Part shown: positions 1 through 12,143 of the stretch, piece after piece | How positions within the stretch are numbered: the stretch's first letter is position 1 | How the letters are laid out: every line of letters begins with the position of its first letter | Assembly (NCBI GenBank): GCA_052426225.1 | Contig: JBNJNM010000012.1 | Coordinates: 682,001 to 746,000, forward strand | Reading direction: 5' to 3' | DNA: 64,000 nucleotides | Source: Zancudomyces culisetae HAW-14-8 | Taxonomy: Eukaryota; Fungi; Kickxellomycota | Made by a program: the position numbers and the translations under genes | Notes under the pieces: generated by a model | Told to the model about the DNA's origin: nothing | Database searches by the model: none | What the model saw: the letters and a program-made list of their open reading frames with translations, nothing else

Positions 1-2
1 TC

Positions 3-2651
3 TGGCGCCTTTTTGACTTCGATGCAACCAAGGTAATCATTTAACGCGCCATAATAGTACAAAACTATAACAGAGTAAAACTGTGCCAACCTCTTTGAAA
101 GTTTCTGTCCAAGTGTTGTCCATGGCCCAGCTATCATCCTGACTGCCGCATTGGAAGGAAGCGAAACCACTGTTCTATGTCCTAAGCGACTATCTTGTTC
201 CAGCGTGTAATTGGGAATTGGCTTGATGTAATCGTCTCTTGGTAGACTTTGTATATATTGGATCAGGGTTGCGCTTGCCGAATTAAGTGTCAGCTGCGCC
301 TCAGTTTCTTCAATTTTATAGTAAATGCCTTTACAGGAGTTATTGTCCTTTGAAAAGTGATTTATACTAATGGCCACTTCTCGAAGTCTATCTCTTATGC
401 TAGCGTCTAGCTCAAAGTCTGATTCGTATTGCATTTCACCATCAAGCAAGTCCTGACTGGCTTCTGGTACACCTGAACTGTTTACCTGAACCGATAAACT
501 ACCCACAACCAGGTTTTTTGTATGAGTGCTGTCCAGCAGCCTTCTGTGTTCATCAATAGGTGTTGTGCACCATTGCTTCAGCGTTTCTTCCATGCTAATC
601 AGCTTATCATAGTGTGCTCTTGTCGCATGGCTAGGCTTGTCTATTTTTCTTTTTGCACTTACAACTATATTCCCCTGCGCATCCTCAGTGTACCCAAGAC
701 CATCTCCATAAACATCCACTATAAAATTCTCCTTTGAAACCATCAATACGTATTCTGCGTCCACATGCCTGGCCCGCCCCCTAGCCTGAACAAAGCTAGT
801 CAAGGTATGTGCTGGGTCGAACCTGACGACCACGTTACACCTGGTGATATCAAGCCCTTCTTCTGCTACAGATGTAGCTACCAATAGGTTTATTTCGCCA
901 CTCCTAAATTTTTCTAGCACCTGGTTTTGGTTGTTTTGAGAAAATTTCCTATTTCTATCTCCAAAACTTTTTATCGCCCGCAGATCATCCCTTTTTATAT
1001 CTGCAGATATCCCGATAAACGAATCACATGCTATAAAGTCAAAGTCAGCTATGCTTTTTATCAAGTGTGCTAACAACATTGCTGTGGTTCTCCTATTCAC
1101 AAACACTATTCCACCTAAAATTTCTCCATTTTGTGTCATACCAATTGCTTTGCCGTCCACTTCCACTCTGTATTTAATGAGATATTCCAATAGTTTATTA
1201 ACCTTTGGGCTTAGGTCTTTTTTAATCTCGCTCCACTTGTATTTGTGCCCGACTGAACCATCGCAGTCATCGTGAATATCTCCATTATTGGTGAAAGTCG
1301 TATTTGCATGGGAGCTGATATCGATGTCGATATCAATGCCCAGCTCTTTAGCCCTAGCTTGCATCTCGTAGTTCATTTGTTCATTTATGCTATTTGCCAG
1401 TAACATTTTCCTCCATATTTCAGTATTTTCGACGAGTTTGATTGCCTCTGTATATTTAATATACGAATCATCGAATTCCGTATCTTGTTCATCCAATTCT
1501 ATAACTTCTGAGTATACCAATTCCCCCTTAAACGTGTTATAGGGGTTCCTTCCAAATCCAGTCCCGAATTCATATTCAATATCTTTTTTTATCCTCATGG
1601 ACTTTAGCCAGTAGTCACATAGAGACACTATAAACATATTTCCTAAATGTTCACCAAGCTCATGTATAGTATAAAGCGCACTGTTTTGTATAAACTTGAA
1701 CCCTTTTATATCTCTAATAATTTCGAAAACTGTATGCCCCACCCAGTGACTATAATCTTTTGAGTCTACCGTATAATCCAGTATCAAGTACTTTAAGTTT
1801 TTCTTGCAAAAATCTAACGATTGAGATAAGTCTGTTCCATATATATCCGCTCTAAGACTTTGCTCAATCCTCTGTATAGAATCCATGATTGCTTCGTTTG
1901 AGTTTGCTGGAGATGCCGTCATACCATAAACTCTGGGTCGATCATTTTCCTCTGCCAAATCATAAAACTCTCTCATAATCAAACTATACGGTGAGCTTTT
2001 TCGGCTATGATGACACTCATCAAATACCAACAGCCCAAGATCTGAAATCCTTATGTATCCGCTTCTCAAACAGTTCAGCAGTATTTGCCCCGTCATCACA
2101 TGGACATCAGCGCTCGCCCAGCTAGCTTCCCATTCTTTCTTCTTGTACCCAACATGATTACCTCCTCCTGTGTAGATTCTGACGCTTAAACACGTTTCTC
2201 TTTTTATGTTTGGACCCTGTTGCTCCACCAAAACTGTAGTGTTACATAGATATGCAAATATTTTGCCTTTTCTCACATTTCTATTTAAATCACTGTTCCT
2301 GACCTGCTCAATTCTACTGTTTTCTACCTCTAGCTGTTTCATATATTTGATCAGCATACAGGCGATGAGTGTTTTTCCTGCACCCGTTTCCAATACCACT
2401 ATTGCGCTCTTTCCTCGTGTTTCATCGAACAACTTTTTCTGATATTCGCGTGGATTTGTCAGTGAAAATTCCGCATCGTTCGCATCGTTCACTTCGTTTT
2501 CAGCCTCGTAAAAACCCTGTTGTGATTCGTCTATGTCCATAGCAGCGTCTACATATTCTTCATCTGCAACGGCTACTTTATCAGCGCTTTTTTCATGTGA
2601 ATAGTTTGTGAACCTTCCCGGGTTGAAATAATTCCTCTCTCGAATATCCAT
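3..2651 (-). CDS. Dicer-like protein, N-terminal part (DExD/H helicase, helicase-C, Dicer dimerisation domain); runs off the left edge
   Basis: Manual translation from ATG 2651 gives PREYQ...IVVLETGAGKTLIA (Walker A), LLVFDECHH, NLLVATSVAEEGLDI...FVQARGRAR, and LTLNSASATLIQYIQSLPRDDY...LPSNA...GALNDYL (Dicer_dimer-like). It is absent from the ORF track because no stop lies in the window. RNase III/PAZ are not visible here. Confidence 0.9.
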   Translation of the reverse strand, partial: MDIRERNYFNPGRFTNYSHEKSADKVAVADEEYVDAAMDIDESQQGFYEAENEVNDANDAEFSLTNPREYQKKLFDETRGKSAIVVLETGAGKTLIACMLIKYMKQLEVENSRIEQVRNSDLNRNVRKGKIFAYLCNTTVLVEQQGPNIKRETCLSVRIYTGGGNHVGYKKKEWEASWASADVHVMTGQILLNCLRSGYIRISDLGLLVFDECHHSRKSSPYSLIMREFYDLAEENDRPRVYGMTASPANSNEAIMDSIQRIEQSLRADIYGTDLSQSLDFCKKNLKYLILDYTVDSKDYSHWVGHTVFEIIRDIKGFKFIQNSALYTIHELGEHLGNMFIVSLCDYWLKSMRIKKDIEYEFGTGFGRNPYNTFKGELVYSEVIELDEQDTEFDDSYIKYTEAIKLVENTEIWRKMLLANSINEQMNYEMQARAKELGIDIDIDISSHANTTFTNNGDIHDDCDGSVGHKYKWSEIKKDLSPKVNKLLEYLIKYRVEVDGKAIGMTQNGEILGGIVFVNRRTTAMLLAHLIKSIADFDFIACDSFIGISADIKRDDLRAIKSFGDRNRKFSQNNQNQVLEKFRSGEINLLVATSVAEEGLDITRCNVVVRFDPAHTLTSFVQARGRARHVDAEYVLMVSKENFIVDVYGDGLGYTEDAQGNIVVSAKRKIDKPSHATRAHYDKLISMEETLKQWCTTPIDEHRRLLDSTHTKNLVVGSLSVQVNSSGVPEASQDLLDGEMQYESDFELDASIRDRLREVAISINHFSKDNNSCKGIYYKIEETEAQLTLNSASATLIQYIQSLPRDDYIKPIPNYTLEQDSRLGHRTVVSLPSNAAVRMIAGPWTTLGQKLSKRLAQFYSVIVLYYYGALNDYLGCIEVKKAP

Positions 2652-3366
2652 TTACTTGCTCTCTGTTGTTCTTCTTTATCTCTTATCTATTGAGTGTTTA
2701 TTTCAGTAGTAAAATATTATTCACATTTCCATCATTAAAGTTACTAGGATGTGTGGTTTATTGCTCAAGTATACACTTTGATCCGCGTTCTTCAACATCA
2801 CCCCAAAATTTATAGCTGTAAAATGGGTAAAATAAAATGTGCTCGATTTGTATAACAAGATTAGAGTTTTTATTCAAAATAAATTACTTACAAACCAATG
2901 CTATGCTTCCTTCCTTTTTGTCCTGTTTTGAACTCTGTAGGATTTATGTGGTGGGTTGACTAGGTAAATAAGCTTTTCTATCTTTATAATAGAAACTACT
3001 GTGTTCTTTGGAGGGGGAGGAAGAGCAGTCAGGCTTTTTTTATTCATCTACAGTCAACATTTCATTGATTGAAATATGTTTATATGGAGCTATATGTAAA
3101 TTACTCGCTTTATTCCATACGCACGTTTATGTAGCTGACTGATCAGCTTTATATTTGAACCTAAAACTTATTGGCTCCGCTTTAAAAGCTCATTGTGCAA
3201 AGTTCATTTGCTTTCTTTTCAGAATGGATTTTTACCTTCAAAAAATGATAAAATTAAATCCCCATAATTTATAATATAAATGAGTCAAAATTTTTGTAAT
3301 AAAAGATCGAATCCGATCCAACGAAATTGGAAATCTCGATGCATGTTGTTGGCTTTAACGCCAGCC

Positions 3367-3588
3367 TTATCTGTTTGCTGAAAAGCTAAAGTTGAACTGA
3401 TATGAACGGACCATGCACATATCATTATAAGGACCTGTACTTGTATTCATTTGGAGTATGCTTCGGTATACTGCAAATGGGCGCGAGAAGGTGTTCTTAT
3501 GGGCAATTAAAAAGCCATGGTCGTTGTTTCTTTCTCTTGGGATGGATTTGACATCATTGATCTTGGAAGAACTTTGCCCACATCCCAT
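3367..3588 (-). CDS. Possible small N-acylated protein (73 aa)
   Basis: Starts MGCGQSS, fitting an N-myristoylation plus Cys-palmitoylation pattern. No other support. Confidence 0.3.
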   Translation of the reverse strand: MGCGQSSSKINDVKSIPRERNNDHGFLIAHKNTFSRPFAVYRSILQMNTSTGPYNDMCMVRSYQFNFSFSANR

Positions 3589-4231
3589 TTAATACATTAA
3601 TAACAAAATCTTTGACTATTTCTTTTAATTAGCGGCAAAGTGAACTAAGTTGGCTGACTTTATTTCTGCTCCATCAAATCGTCTTGAGCACAGCACATTT
3701 GAATTTTTGTGAATGTTTACGTGTTATTCAGAATACAACGATTAATTTAATTGAAAAAATACATCTAGTTTGTTGTCCTTTGTAAAAAGAAAAAAGACTC
3801 ATATTCGATTGTCCATTTGCTAGTGCGAGTGTATAATTTTACCACTCCAATTTATCGCCCTTCAATTGGATGCTTGTATTTACTGAAAAATTCAGCAACG
3901 CCTATTTTCATTCAAGTCCAAAACAAAAACAAAAGGTGTAAAAAAATATTACTGCAAATTGAAAACGATGGATTTATTGTTAAAAAAATCGAGTTGAAAA
4001 AAAGAAATAGCAAAAATATTTCTTGAATAAAAAAGTCTTCCTTGGTGGCTATTTAAAAAAGAATAAAGACAAAGAAAAGGAAAGGAAAGGGTATATAGTC
4101 CAATAACATACTAGAGTTGGTCTACAGAGTTATGAAAACGCTTTTGTAACCAATTTAACGAAACTATTACAATTTGAGGCATATGACTTGATCCTTCTCA
4201 TGTACTACCACAAGTAATAAATCACAGAAAA

Positions 4232-6508
4232 ATGGAGGTAGGTTGTAATCAAGCGTCAATTTAAAAGATGTGTGTAAAAAAAATAACACTAAAAATGTAA
4301 ACATAGGATTTTGAGCTAGAATCGGAAATAGGCTCTGGTGGCTTTGGAAAAGTATATCGAGCATCAGTATTGGACGGTGGTAGATTCGGCGAGGGTGTCA
4401 AGCAAGTGGCAATAAAAATAACAGAAAAAAGTCGATTAAAAAACGAAGCTCTAAGGGCACGTCTAGCGGCAGAAGTGGGGATTCATAGCCAGTTACACCA
4501 CGAATCGATTGTAAAGCTGTACGACTTTTTTGAAGATGAAAAACAGGTATATTTGATTATGGAGCTTTGCGAACAAGGCGATATGTACGAGTATTTAAAA
4601 AAGCGAAACGAACTGGAGGGAAGGGCAGGGCTGAGCGAAGAGGAGATTAGAGGGATAATGTTACAATTAGGGCGTGGGATAGCATATTTACACAAACTCA
4701 AGATCATTCACCGGGATTTGAAACTGAAAAACCTGGTGATAAACAACGAAATGGAAGTGAAGATTATAGATTTCGGACTGGCAACGCAGCTAAACAACGA
4801 ACCAATAACGTTTTGTGGAACGCAAAACTATATATCGCCAGAAGTAATGGAGCGTAAACCCTATGGATTGGCGGCGGATATGTGGGCATTGGGATGTTTA
4901 ATGGTTACGTTTTTAAGGGGAAAGCAGCCTAGTGAGAAGGAGTTGAATGATGAAGGTAGAATTGTCAGCGGTTTAAAAAGGCTGGGGATCAGCGATGAAG
5001 CAGTAGATTTGACCAAACGCCTACTTGTGCGCGACCCAAACAGTAGAATAAGCATTTCTAATCTATTCAATCATCCATTTTTAAAACCGATTCTGGGTAC
5101 GCGAAATCTGAAGCGATTGTCCTCGAAAAAAAGCGGATACGCTGTAGAAAAACGGCCTCAGTATAGCACAATCAGAGGCGATACGGATTTTATTGATATT
5201 GCCGAAAATGTAACACGAGCCAGAGGTAATGGTAATAGAAGCGGTAGTGGTAGTGATATTGTCAGCAAAATCAAAAATTTGGATATAAATAAATCTTCAG
5301 CTCGGCTAGGACCTACTAAGGATGAATTGATAGTATTTAATACCAAGTATTTGGCGCCATTCAAACAAAAAACCAAATATGCAACAATTGAGATTATTTC
5401 AGACAAGAAAATAAAAGCGGAGTTTCATGATGATAAAAAACTATTGCTGATCGATCCGATAGCCGCGCTATTGTACATATACCCGGCTGGAACAGCCATT
5501 TTAACTTTAGATAAGGTCTTGGCTCGCATGAGGCTAGGATATTCGTACATAAACTCGGCTACTACTGAGAGGCAGGTCCGATATGTATATAGGTTTGTGG
5601 AGTTAGTTCTATCAAAAACATCCAAAATTGTAGTAAAAAGCTCAAAGGCCAAGGCAATGTTTATGATGAATGAACCAGTTGCTGATCTTGTTGTAGATTT
5701 TTTCAACAAAATCAAAGTTACCTACTCTGCAACCAAAAAAATATTGGAAATTAAAATCCCGTCAACATCCGATCTTCCTGATGAACTCCACCGCTTACCT
5801 CTTTCTGCCTCATCTTCGTCCCTTTCTGGAACCAAATCTTTGAAGTTTCCTGAAAACGTACCTTCAAAGCTTTCTGCAGTGGTTGCACATGTGAAAAAAC
5901 TTTATTCTATCTGCCAATCGGTTGAAAACATCGCTTTGGGTTTTGAGCAAAAAACAGATCCAAGATGTTATGACTATACTGGATCCGTCACCTATCCAAT
6001 TGTAGTTTCATCTAATGTTAACCTGGACACGTTTGTACCCCCCTCTCTGTCAAAGAAACTGCTTTCTGCTTTTTCCAAACCAATTACATCAACATCTCTC
6101 TCCGCTTCCAATTCTACATTTACCGTTAATGGTCACCACTCATCCTATAAACCCGAGATACCATCATTTCCTCATAAGGCTGTTAGCTTATCTAATATCA
6201 ATGGTGCAAGGAGCATTGTGGACAAAGAAAGCGATAAAAGATATAATTACTGCCACATCCCCAAAATTGGTTGGTGTATAGCACATTCTTTGCCACCTAA
6301 CCTGTCCTCTGCTGATGACGATAGATATCTTTTTACCATTTTGTTTAACGATGGTTCAAGGCTTCAAGTGGACTCTGCTACTGATATAATTGTTTATCAT
6401 GACCCTGACAACCATTGTACCACTGCAAAAATGGGTTTAGAATTACCCTCTTTTATGAAGTCGCGGCTAAAACAACTACCACTGTTTTTGAACGTTTTGG
6501 GATTTTAG
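4232..6508 (+). CDS. PLK4: Polo-like kinase 4 (PLK4/SAK type); exons 4232-4237 and 4307-6508
   Basis: A 6-nt exon ATGGAG plus a GTAGGT...ACATAG intron (4238-4306) gives MEDFELESEIGSGGFGKVYR. Kinase motifs HRDLK, DFGLA, TFCGTQNYISPE. Cryptic polo box (LAPFKQKTKYATIEI...YRFVELVLSKTSKI...MMNEPVAD) and C-terminal PB3 (IGW...FNDGSRLQV...LPSFMKSRLKQL). Confidence 0.85.
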
Positions 6509-6757
6509 GACTTTAAGACTCTAGAGTTTATTATGTTGTAATTATTCGCCCAACAAAAAAAAAACGGCATAATATTGCAAGGGTCACATCATTGTACTTT
6601 TATATATCCGTTTATTTTGCGTTTTATTTATTCCTTATATGAGCATATATTTTATATAAAGTAATAATTGATGGCATTAAAAGAAAACCCGTACTACAGC
6701 ATTGTACAATCGAGATCTAGTTATCGATATTAATAATAGATTGGAGGCCATAAGTAA

Positions 6758-8097
6758 TTATGGTGTTATTTCGGGTAAAAAGTCGGTGATTGTAGCCAAG
6801 TCCACTGTTCCGCTTCCTGGAATTACAACCAGGTTTTGAGTGGATGTTTGGAATTCTGTAATCAGTGTAATTGTGTCCGTGGCGACTTCTGTAAAAATTT
6901 CAGTAAGATCTTCCGTAAAATCCCCATCAGACACAAACTGAGTTTCTTCTACAAACTCTGTAGACGTTTCAGTGACTAAGTCTCCCATTAGTAACTCGGT
7001 GCTTTCCAGCGTTGCTATTTTTTTAAATAACGATTTAGATTGTATAATGAAAGCTTCAATTTCATTGAATGGTTTTAGAAATAATTTTGTATAAAGTTAT
7101 AAAACACCAACTGGGTAATGCACCTACCTTCGTTTTCACATGTTGCACTTTCACTTCCGACGCATGCGTATATGGTTACATCAACATATTTGGTTTTTAC
7201 ACATCCATTAACTGTATAGTCGTTGATTTTTGATAAGTATACTTTTTCTTCATAAATGGGTCCATTGGGATTTCTTATCTTTGGTCCAAATCCAGGTCCA
7301 ATACCAATACCAGAACCATATCCAATACCTCCTCCTCCAACACCTCCTCCATTACCATTACCAAAACCGAAACCAGGATCGTATCCAATGCCTGCTCCTC
7401 CATTTCCATTTCCACCTCCACCTCCATTTCCAGAATTATATCCAATGCCTGCTCCTCCACCTCCGTTACCATTTCCATTTCCATTTCCAGAACTATATCC
7501 AAAACCTGTTCCACCAGCTCCAGAACCACCGTCAGATCCTGTACCAGAACCAGCAATATATCCAACACCCGATCCCCCATTTCCACCTCCATTTCCACCT
7601 CCATTTCCAGAACTATATCCAACACCGCCTCCTCCAGTGCCAGAACCACCTCCATTTCCATTTCCACTTCCAGAACCATACCCAATATTTATTCCACCTC
7701 CACCTCCATTACCAGAACTATATCCAACACCCGATCCCCCATTTCCACCACCATTTCCACTTCCATTTCCACCTCCATTTCCAGAACTATATCCAACACC
7801 GCCTCCTCCAGTGCCAGAACCACCTCCATTTCCATTTCCACTTCCAGAACCATACTCAATATCCATTCCACCATTTCCATTTCCATTTCCATTTCCAGAC
7901 CCAGGCCCTGTACCCCCATTATATCCTGGTTGTACCATAACAGGTTTAAGTTTTATCTGGTTGGGATCTCCTCCATCATTATCGGAGCCAGATACACCAA
8001 GATATCTAACCTTCTCCTTGGTAGCAGAGTGGCCTATTGTACTTCCTTTATTTGTAGCTGCAACCAACAGCAATATTGTAAGCGTTCGTGTAAGCAT
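6758..8097 (-). CDS. Secreted Gly/Asn/Ser/Tyr-rich repeat protein with acidic Thr/Glu tail (about 408 aa); exons 8097-7128 and 7014-6758
   Basis: Signal-peptide-like N-terminus (MLTRTLTILLLVAAT), GVGYSSGNGGGNG repeats and a 3-Cys segment. A GTAGGT...AAATAG intron (7127-7015) joins the 340-aa and 76-aa ORFs in frame (NEATLESTELLMGD). Confidence 0.8.
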
Positions 8098-9322
8098 ACT
8101 CGGAGTTTTACTACCGTTTTGAGATATTTATTTTTTTATTTATTTATATGTATATAATTATTTAATTCACTAATAAAATTGTTTACTCGGGATAAAGAGA
8201 TATATATCAATGATATTTTAGACGCTTTAAGGTATTAAAAAAAAAGTAAAAGACGGTATAGTTGAGAATATAAAGGTCAGAGCAAAAGGCGATACTTTAT
8301 TGAAATTGCTTGTAGGAAAGGGATAATACTCAAAGTCACCTAGATATTTTAGAATCGAATTATGTGTCTTTATTTTTTATTCGGTATTATTTTGTCTTGT
8401 ACTTTACACTGTCGCTATAACAGATATTTGTTTTCAAACAAAAGTCTCTCAATCATAGGATTATTACCTCATTGGAACAAGAGATAATATTGCAAACTTG
8501 GACGATATCCAAAATCATTAAAGCTCAAACTCTCGTGCTTGCCAATCTCAAGAGGTTCAGCAAGTGTATGATTTTCTTATGCATCTTTTAGTTTTTGCTC
8601 GTCCCAAGCAGCCACTTTGAAATGCATAGTAATCCTTTTTATCATTACTCTGTTCTTCAATTGGGAATTTGGAGACGATTTGTAGTGAATGTAAAATAAC
8701 ATTCTTGTTTCAAATGCCTCGTAAATAATAATTAATTGGCAAATAAAAGCTTTAACACCAATAGACATTTAATTTCGGTTGATGTTATATTTCTGATAGC
8801 AGAAATTCGAACTTTAGCACGGGAAAAATTTATATCTTGTAGACTAAAGGTGTACAAAAATAGATCCTTTTAAAATACTCTGAAAAATAGCCTCAAAGCC
8901 AATTTTTGATACAAAGTGAAACTTAAAAGATAAATAGTCCAACTAATTTTCAGAAAAGGCGGGGAGAAGAGGGGGAGAAGAGGGAGAAGAGGGAGAAGAA
9001 GAGGCTAATATGACCTGTACAACACGAACCTGTGGCTTCAAACCAATAATGGATGGAGGGGACATCTGGTTAATTGAGAACATGGCAGATGCGAATTAAA
9101 ATTCAATGTTGCTTTTAGCAAACGCATTAAACCATAGCAGGATATGTTATAGGTGATATATTTATAGAGTGAAAAGCTATACTATAAGAGTAGAATATAG
9201 AGCTAGTATGAAAAAAAAGTGTCTATTATTAGGGTCATAAAAAAAGGTTACCACTAAATAGACCATTGGACCAGAAAAAAACAAAAAAAAAGTGACAAAT
9301 GTGAAGGGGAAAAAAAAAGAAA

Positions 9323-10926
9323 TTACTCGATGATCTTTGTAACAACACCAGTACCTACAGTACGACCACCTTCACGGATTGTGAAGCGCAAACCCTCTTC
9401 GACAGGAACATCGTGGATCAAGTCGCAGCGCATTTCGACATTGTCACCAGGCATAACCATGGTATCTTCGGCCTCCTTGGTTGGATGGGTCAAAATGGCA
9501 GTGACATCACAGGTTCTAATAAACATCTGTGGCTTGTAGTTGTTATGGAATGGAGTGTGACGACCACCTTCTTCCTTCTTCAAAATGTAAAGCTGGGCAA
9601 CGAATGATTTGTGTGATTTTACAGAGTTTGGAGCAGCCAAAATCATTCCACGCTTGATTTGTTCACGTTTGATACCACGTAGAAGAGCACCCATGTTGTC
9701 ACCAGCCTCACCACGTTCAAGCTCCTTATGGAACATTTCAATTCCAGTTAGTGTGGTTTTTGTTGAAGGTCCAAAACCAACAATTTCAATTTCCTGGCCC
9801 TTTGTTATCAATCCACGCTCGACTCTTCCTGTAACCACTGTTCCTCTTCCGGCAATGGAGAATACGTCTTCTACTGGCATCAAGAATGGTTTTTCGAGAT
9901 CTCTAACTGGAGTAGGAATCCACTCATCAACCTTGCTCATCAAGTCAAGGATGGACTTGGATCCAATCTCGGGTTCACGGCCCTCAAGAGCACACAAAGC
10001 TGATCCAAATACAATAGGAGTGTTGTCTCCATCATATCCATAGTGGTTGAGCAGTTCTCTCATTTCCATATCTACAAATTCCAACAATTCCTTGTCTTCG
10101 ATTTGATCAACCTTGTTGACATAGACAACAATGCTCTTAACACCAACTTGCTTAGCAAGAAGAATGTGTTCTCTAGTTTGTGGCATCTGTCCATCTGTAG
10201 CTGAAACGACAATAATAGCACCGTCCATCTGTGCTGCACCTGTAATCATGTTTTTGATGTAATCAGCGTGCCCTGGACAGTCAACGTGCGAGTAGTGTCT
10301 GTTTCCGGTTTCGTATTCTACGTGAGAGGTGGAAATAGTAATTCCTCTTGCCTTTTCTTCTGGTGCCTTATCGATCTGGTTATAATCGCAAAACTTGGCT
10401 CCACCTGTGGTCTCAGCCAATACCTTTGTGATTGCGGCTGTGAGTGTTGTCTTTCCGTGATCTACGTGACCGATAGTTCCAATATTTACGTGTGGCTTTG
10501 AACGTTCATAGGTTTTTCCGTCGGTGGCCATGAATCTTTTGAATGAGCCTATTTAAATTTATATTGTTACAACGTATTTTTAGTTGTTATTAAACTAAAA
10601 GTCATCAAATCATGGAGAAGAATCGGTGTGGTTTCAAAATTTAGATTTCATTCTAAATAAAAAAAAATACTAACTAGAATCACTATAAAAACACCAAGAG
10701 CGGCTTGTCCTAACACAAAAGAAAAAAAAGGGTACTTACCTTGAGCGTTCATTCCAGCTGACATTCTGGCGATGTGCTCATTTCTGAGTGGAGCTACTCT
10801 AGTTGTTGCCATGGAGTAGTTTTTGATTTGAGATACTCTCAAATTCCTTGCACATTGGCTCACAGCACCCTTGAAGTTTGCCTTGAACACGGCTTGTTTC
10901 AATCCCTGCACTCTTGAAGTCAACAT
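9323..10926 (-). CDS. TUF1: Mitochondrial elongation factor Tu; exons 10926-10740 (presequence) and 10548-9323
   Basis: [26 protein letters not shown] and REGGRTVG motifs. A GTAAGT...AAATAG intron joins an Arg/Ser/Ala-rich targeting exon in frame. Confidence 0.96.
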
Positions 10927-12143
10927 TTCCGCAAAAACTAAACTGCTGTTTTTATTTTCGTAGTGATTCTATATTATACCTTTAAAAGTCTGGTAGAAAT
11001 AGTTGATATTCAGTTGATTCTTAAATTCCAGTTAATCAAAAACAATCCCAAATTATTCCCATACATTGATTATTATTTTTTTTCCACAGTTGTTAGCATG
11101 GCCGTAATCAAAAAAAAGTTATCAGTGACTTTTAATTCGAAAAAAAATTTTTTTTTTAGCGGATAGTATCAATACGACGAATCAAAATAAATAAGGGAAA
11201 ACAAAATGGTTCTAGAAAACAAAAGTAAGCCAACAAGTTATAAAATCTATTGCTTGGCTTAGAACTGCTGACTGTATGAAATGCAATATAGACAGTTTGA
11301 TATACGACCCATTTTGACTAATGCCAAAATGGCGCACAAGAAGTAAATAACATCTGTGTCTGTGCCTGTGCCTGTGTCGTGTTCAACGTATATAGGCAAT
11401 CAAATAAATAGGTGACTATTCTGAAACGCGGTGAAGCTATCGTGTTGCTATATATAATACTTTTACAATGATTTAAACAAGTACAGCGTCAATGGGTTTT
11501 GATTTTTGTGTTTAATTAGTTGTCGAGAAAATAAAATTTCAAAAGGATTAAATGGCTACACATTTTAGATATGTCACAAACACTACCGTATATCAAATAT
11601 AAATGAGGATATATACAAGGGTGTTTATATCTACTGTATAAGGTGTTTGTACCATACAACAAAAATATGTGTATTCACTTGCTGCAATGGTAAAAGTGTT
11701 TTGTAGTTAAACTCTTTCCAAAAAAAATGTGCCAAACCAAAAACAAATAGTATGGAACAAACAGTATACTTGGTCCGTATATAAATTCAAATTGCATATG
11801 TAGTCATTTCATATTTTTCAAAATATTATTCGAACTCGACACTTTAAGATCAAAATTGAAGTTCGAGCCATGACCTTGATTTCAAAATATCATGTAGCAT
11901 TAATTTTGATTTAGCCTATAAAAATGTATCAACGTGATTTGGAAAAAGGTCAGTATTTTTTTCCAATTTGATGAAAATTTTTTTCAACAGGTTTTCTTGC
12001 TGTGGTAAGTTACAATATTTTTTAAAAAAAAAAAAAATTTTTCATTGAAAAAAATACGTTGAGCCTAGTTAACCAGAAATACAACCCAAATACTTTGCAT
12101 GAAAATTGTATAGAAAACAGGCATATACTAGACAACAAGGAAA

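Noticed and set aside
7230-8122. Pro-rich (288 aa) and His/Gln-rich (236 aa) + strand ORFs
   Set aside because: Antisense shadows of the GGN-rich repeat gene. The minus strand has the signal peptide and an in-frame intron.
8960-9004. GGGAGAAGA purine repeat
   Set aside because: Short simple repeat with no supporting context.
9323-10531. Bacterial tuf (contamination or HGT)
   Set aside because: It has a spliceosomal intron and a mitochondrial presequence exon.
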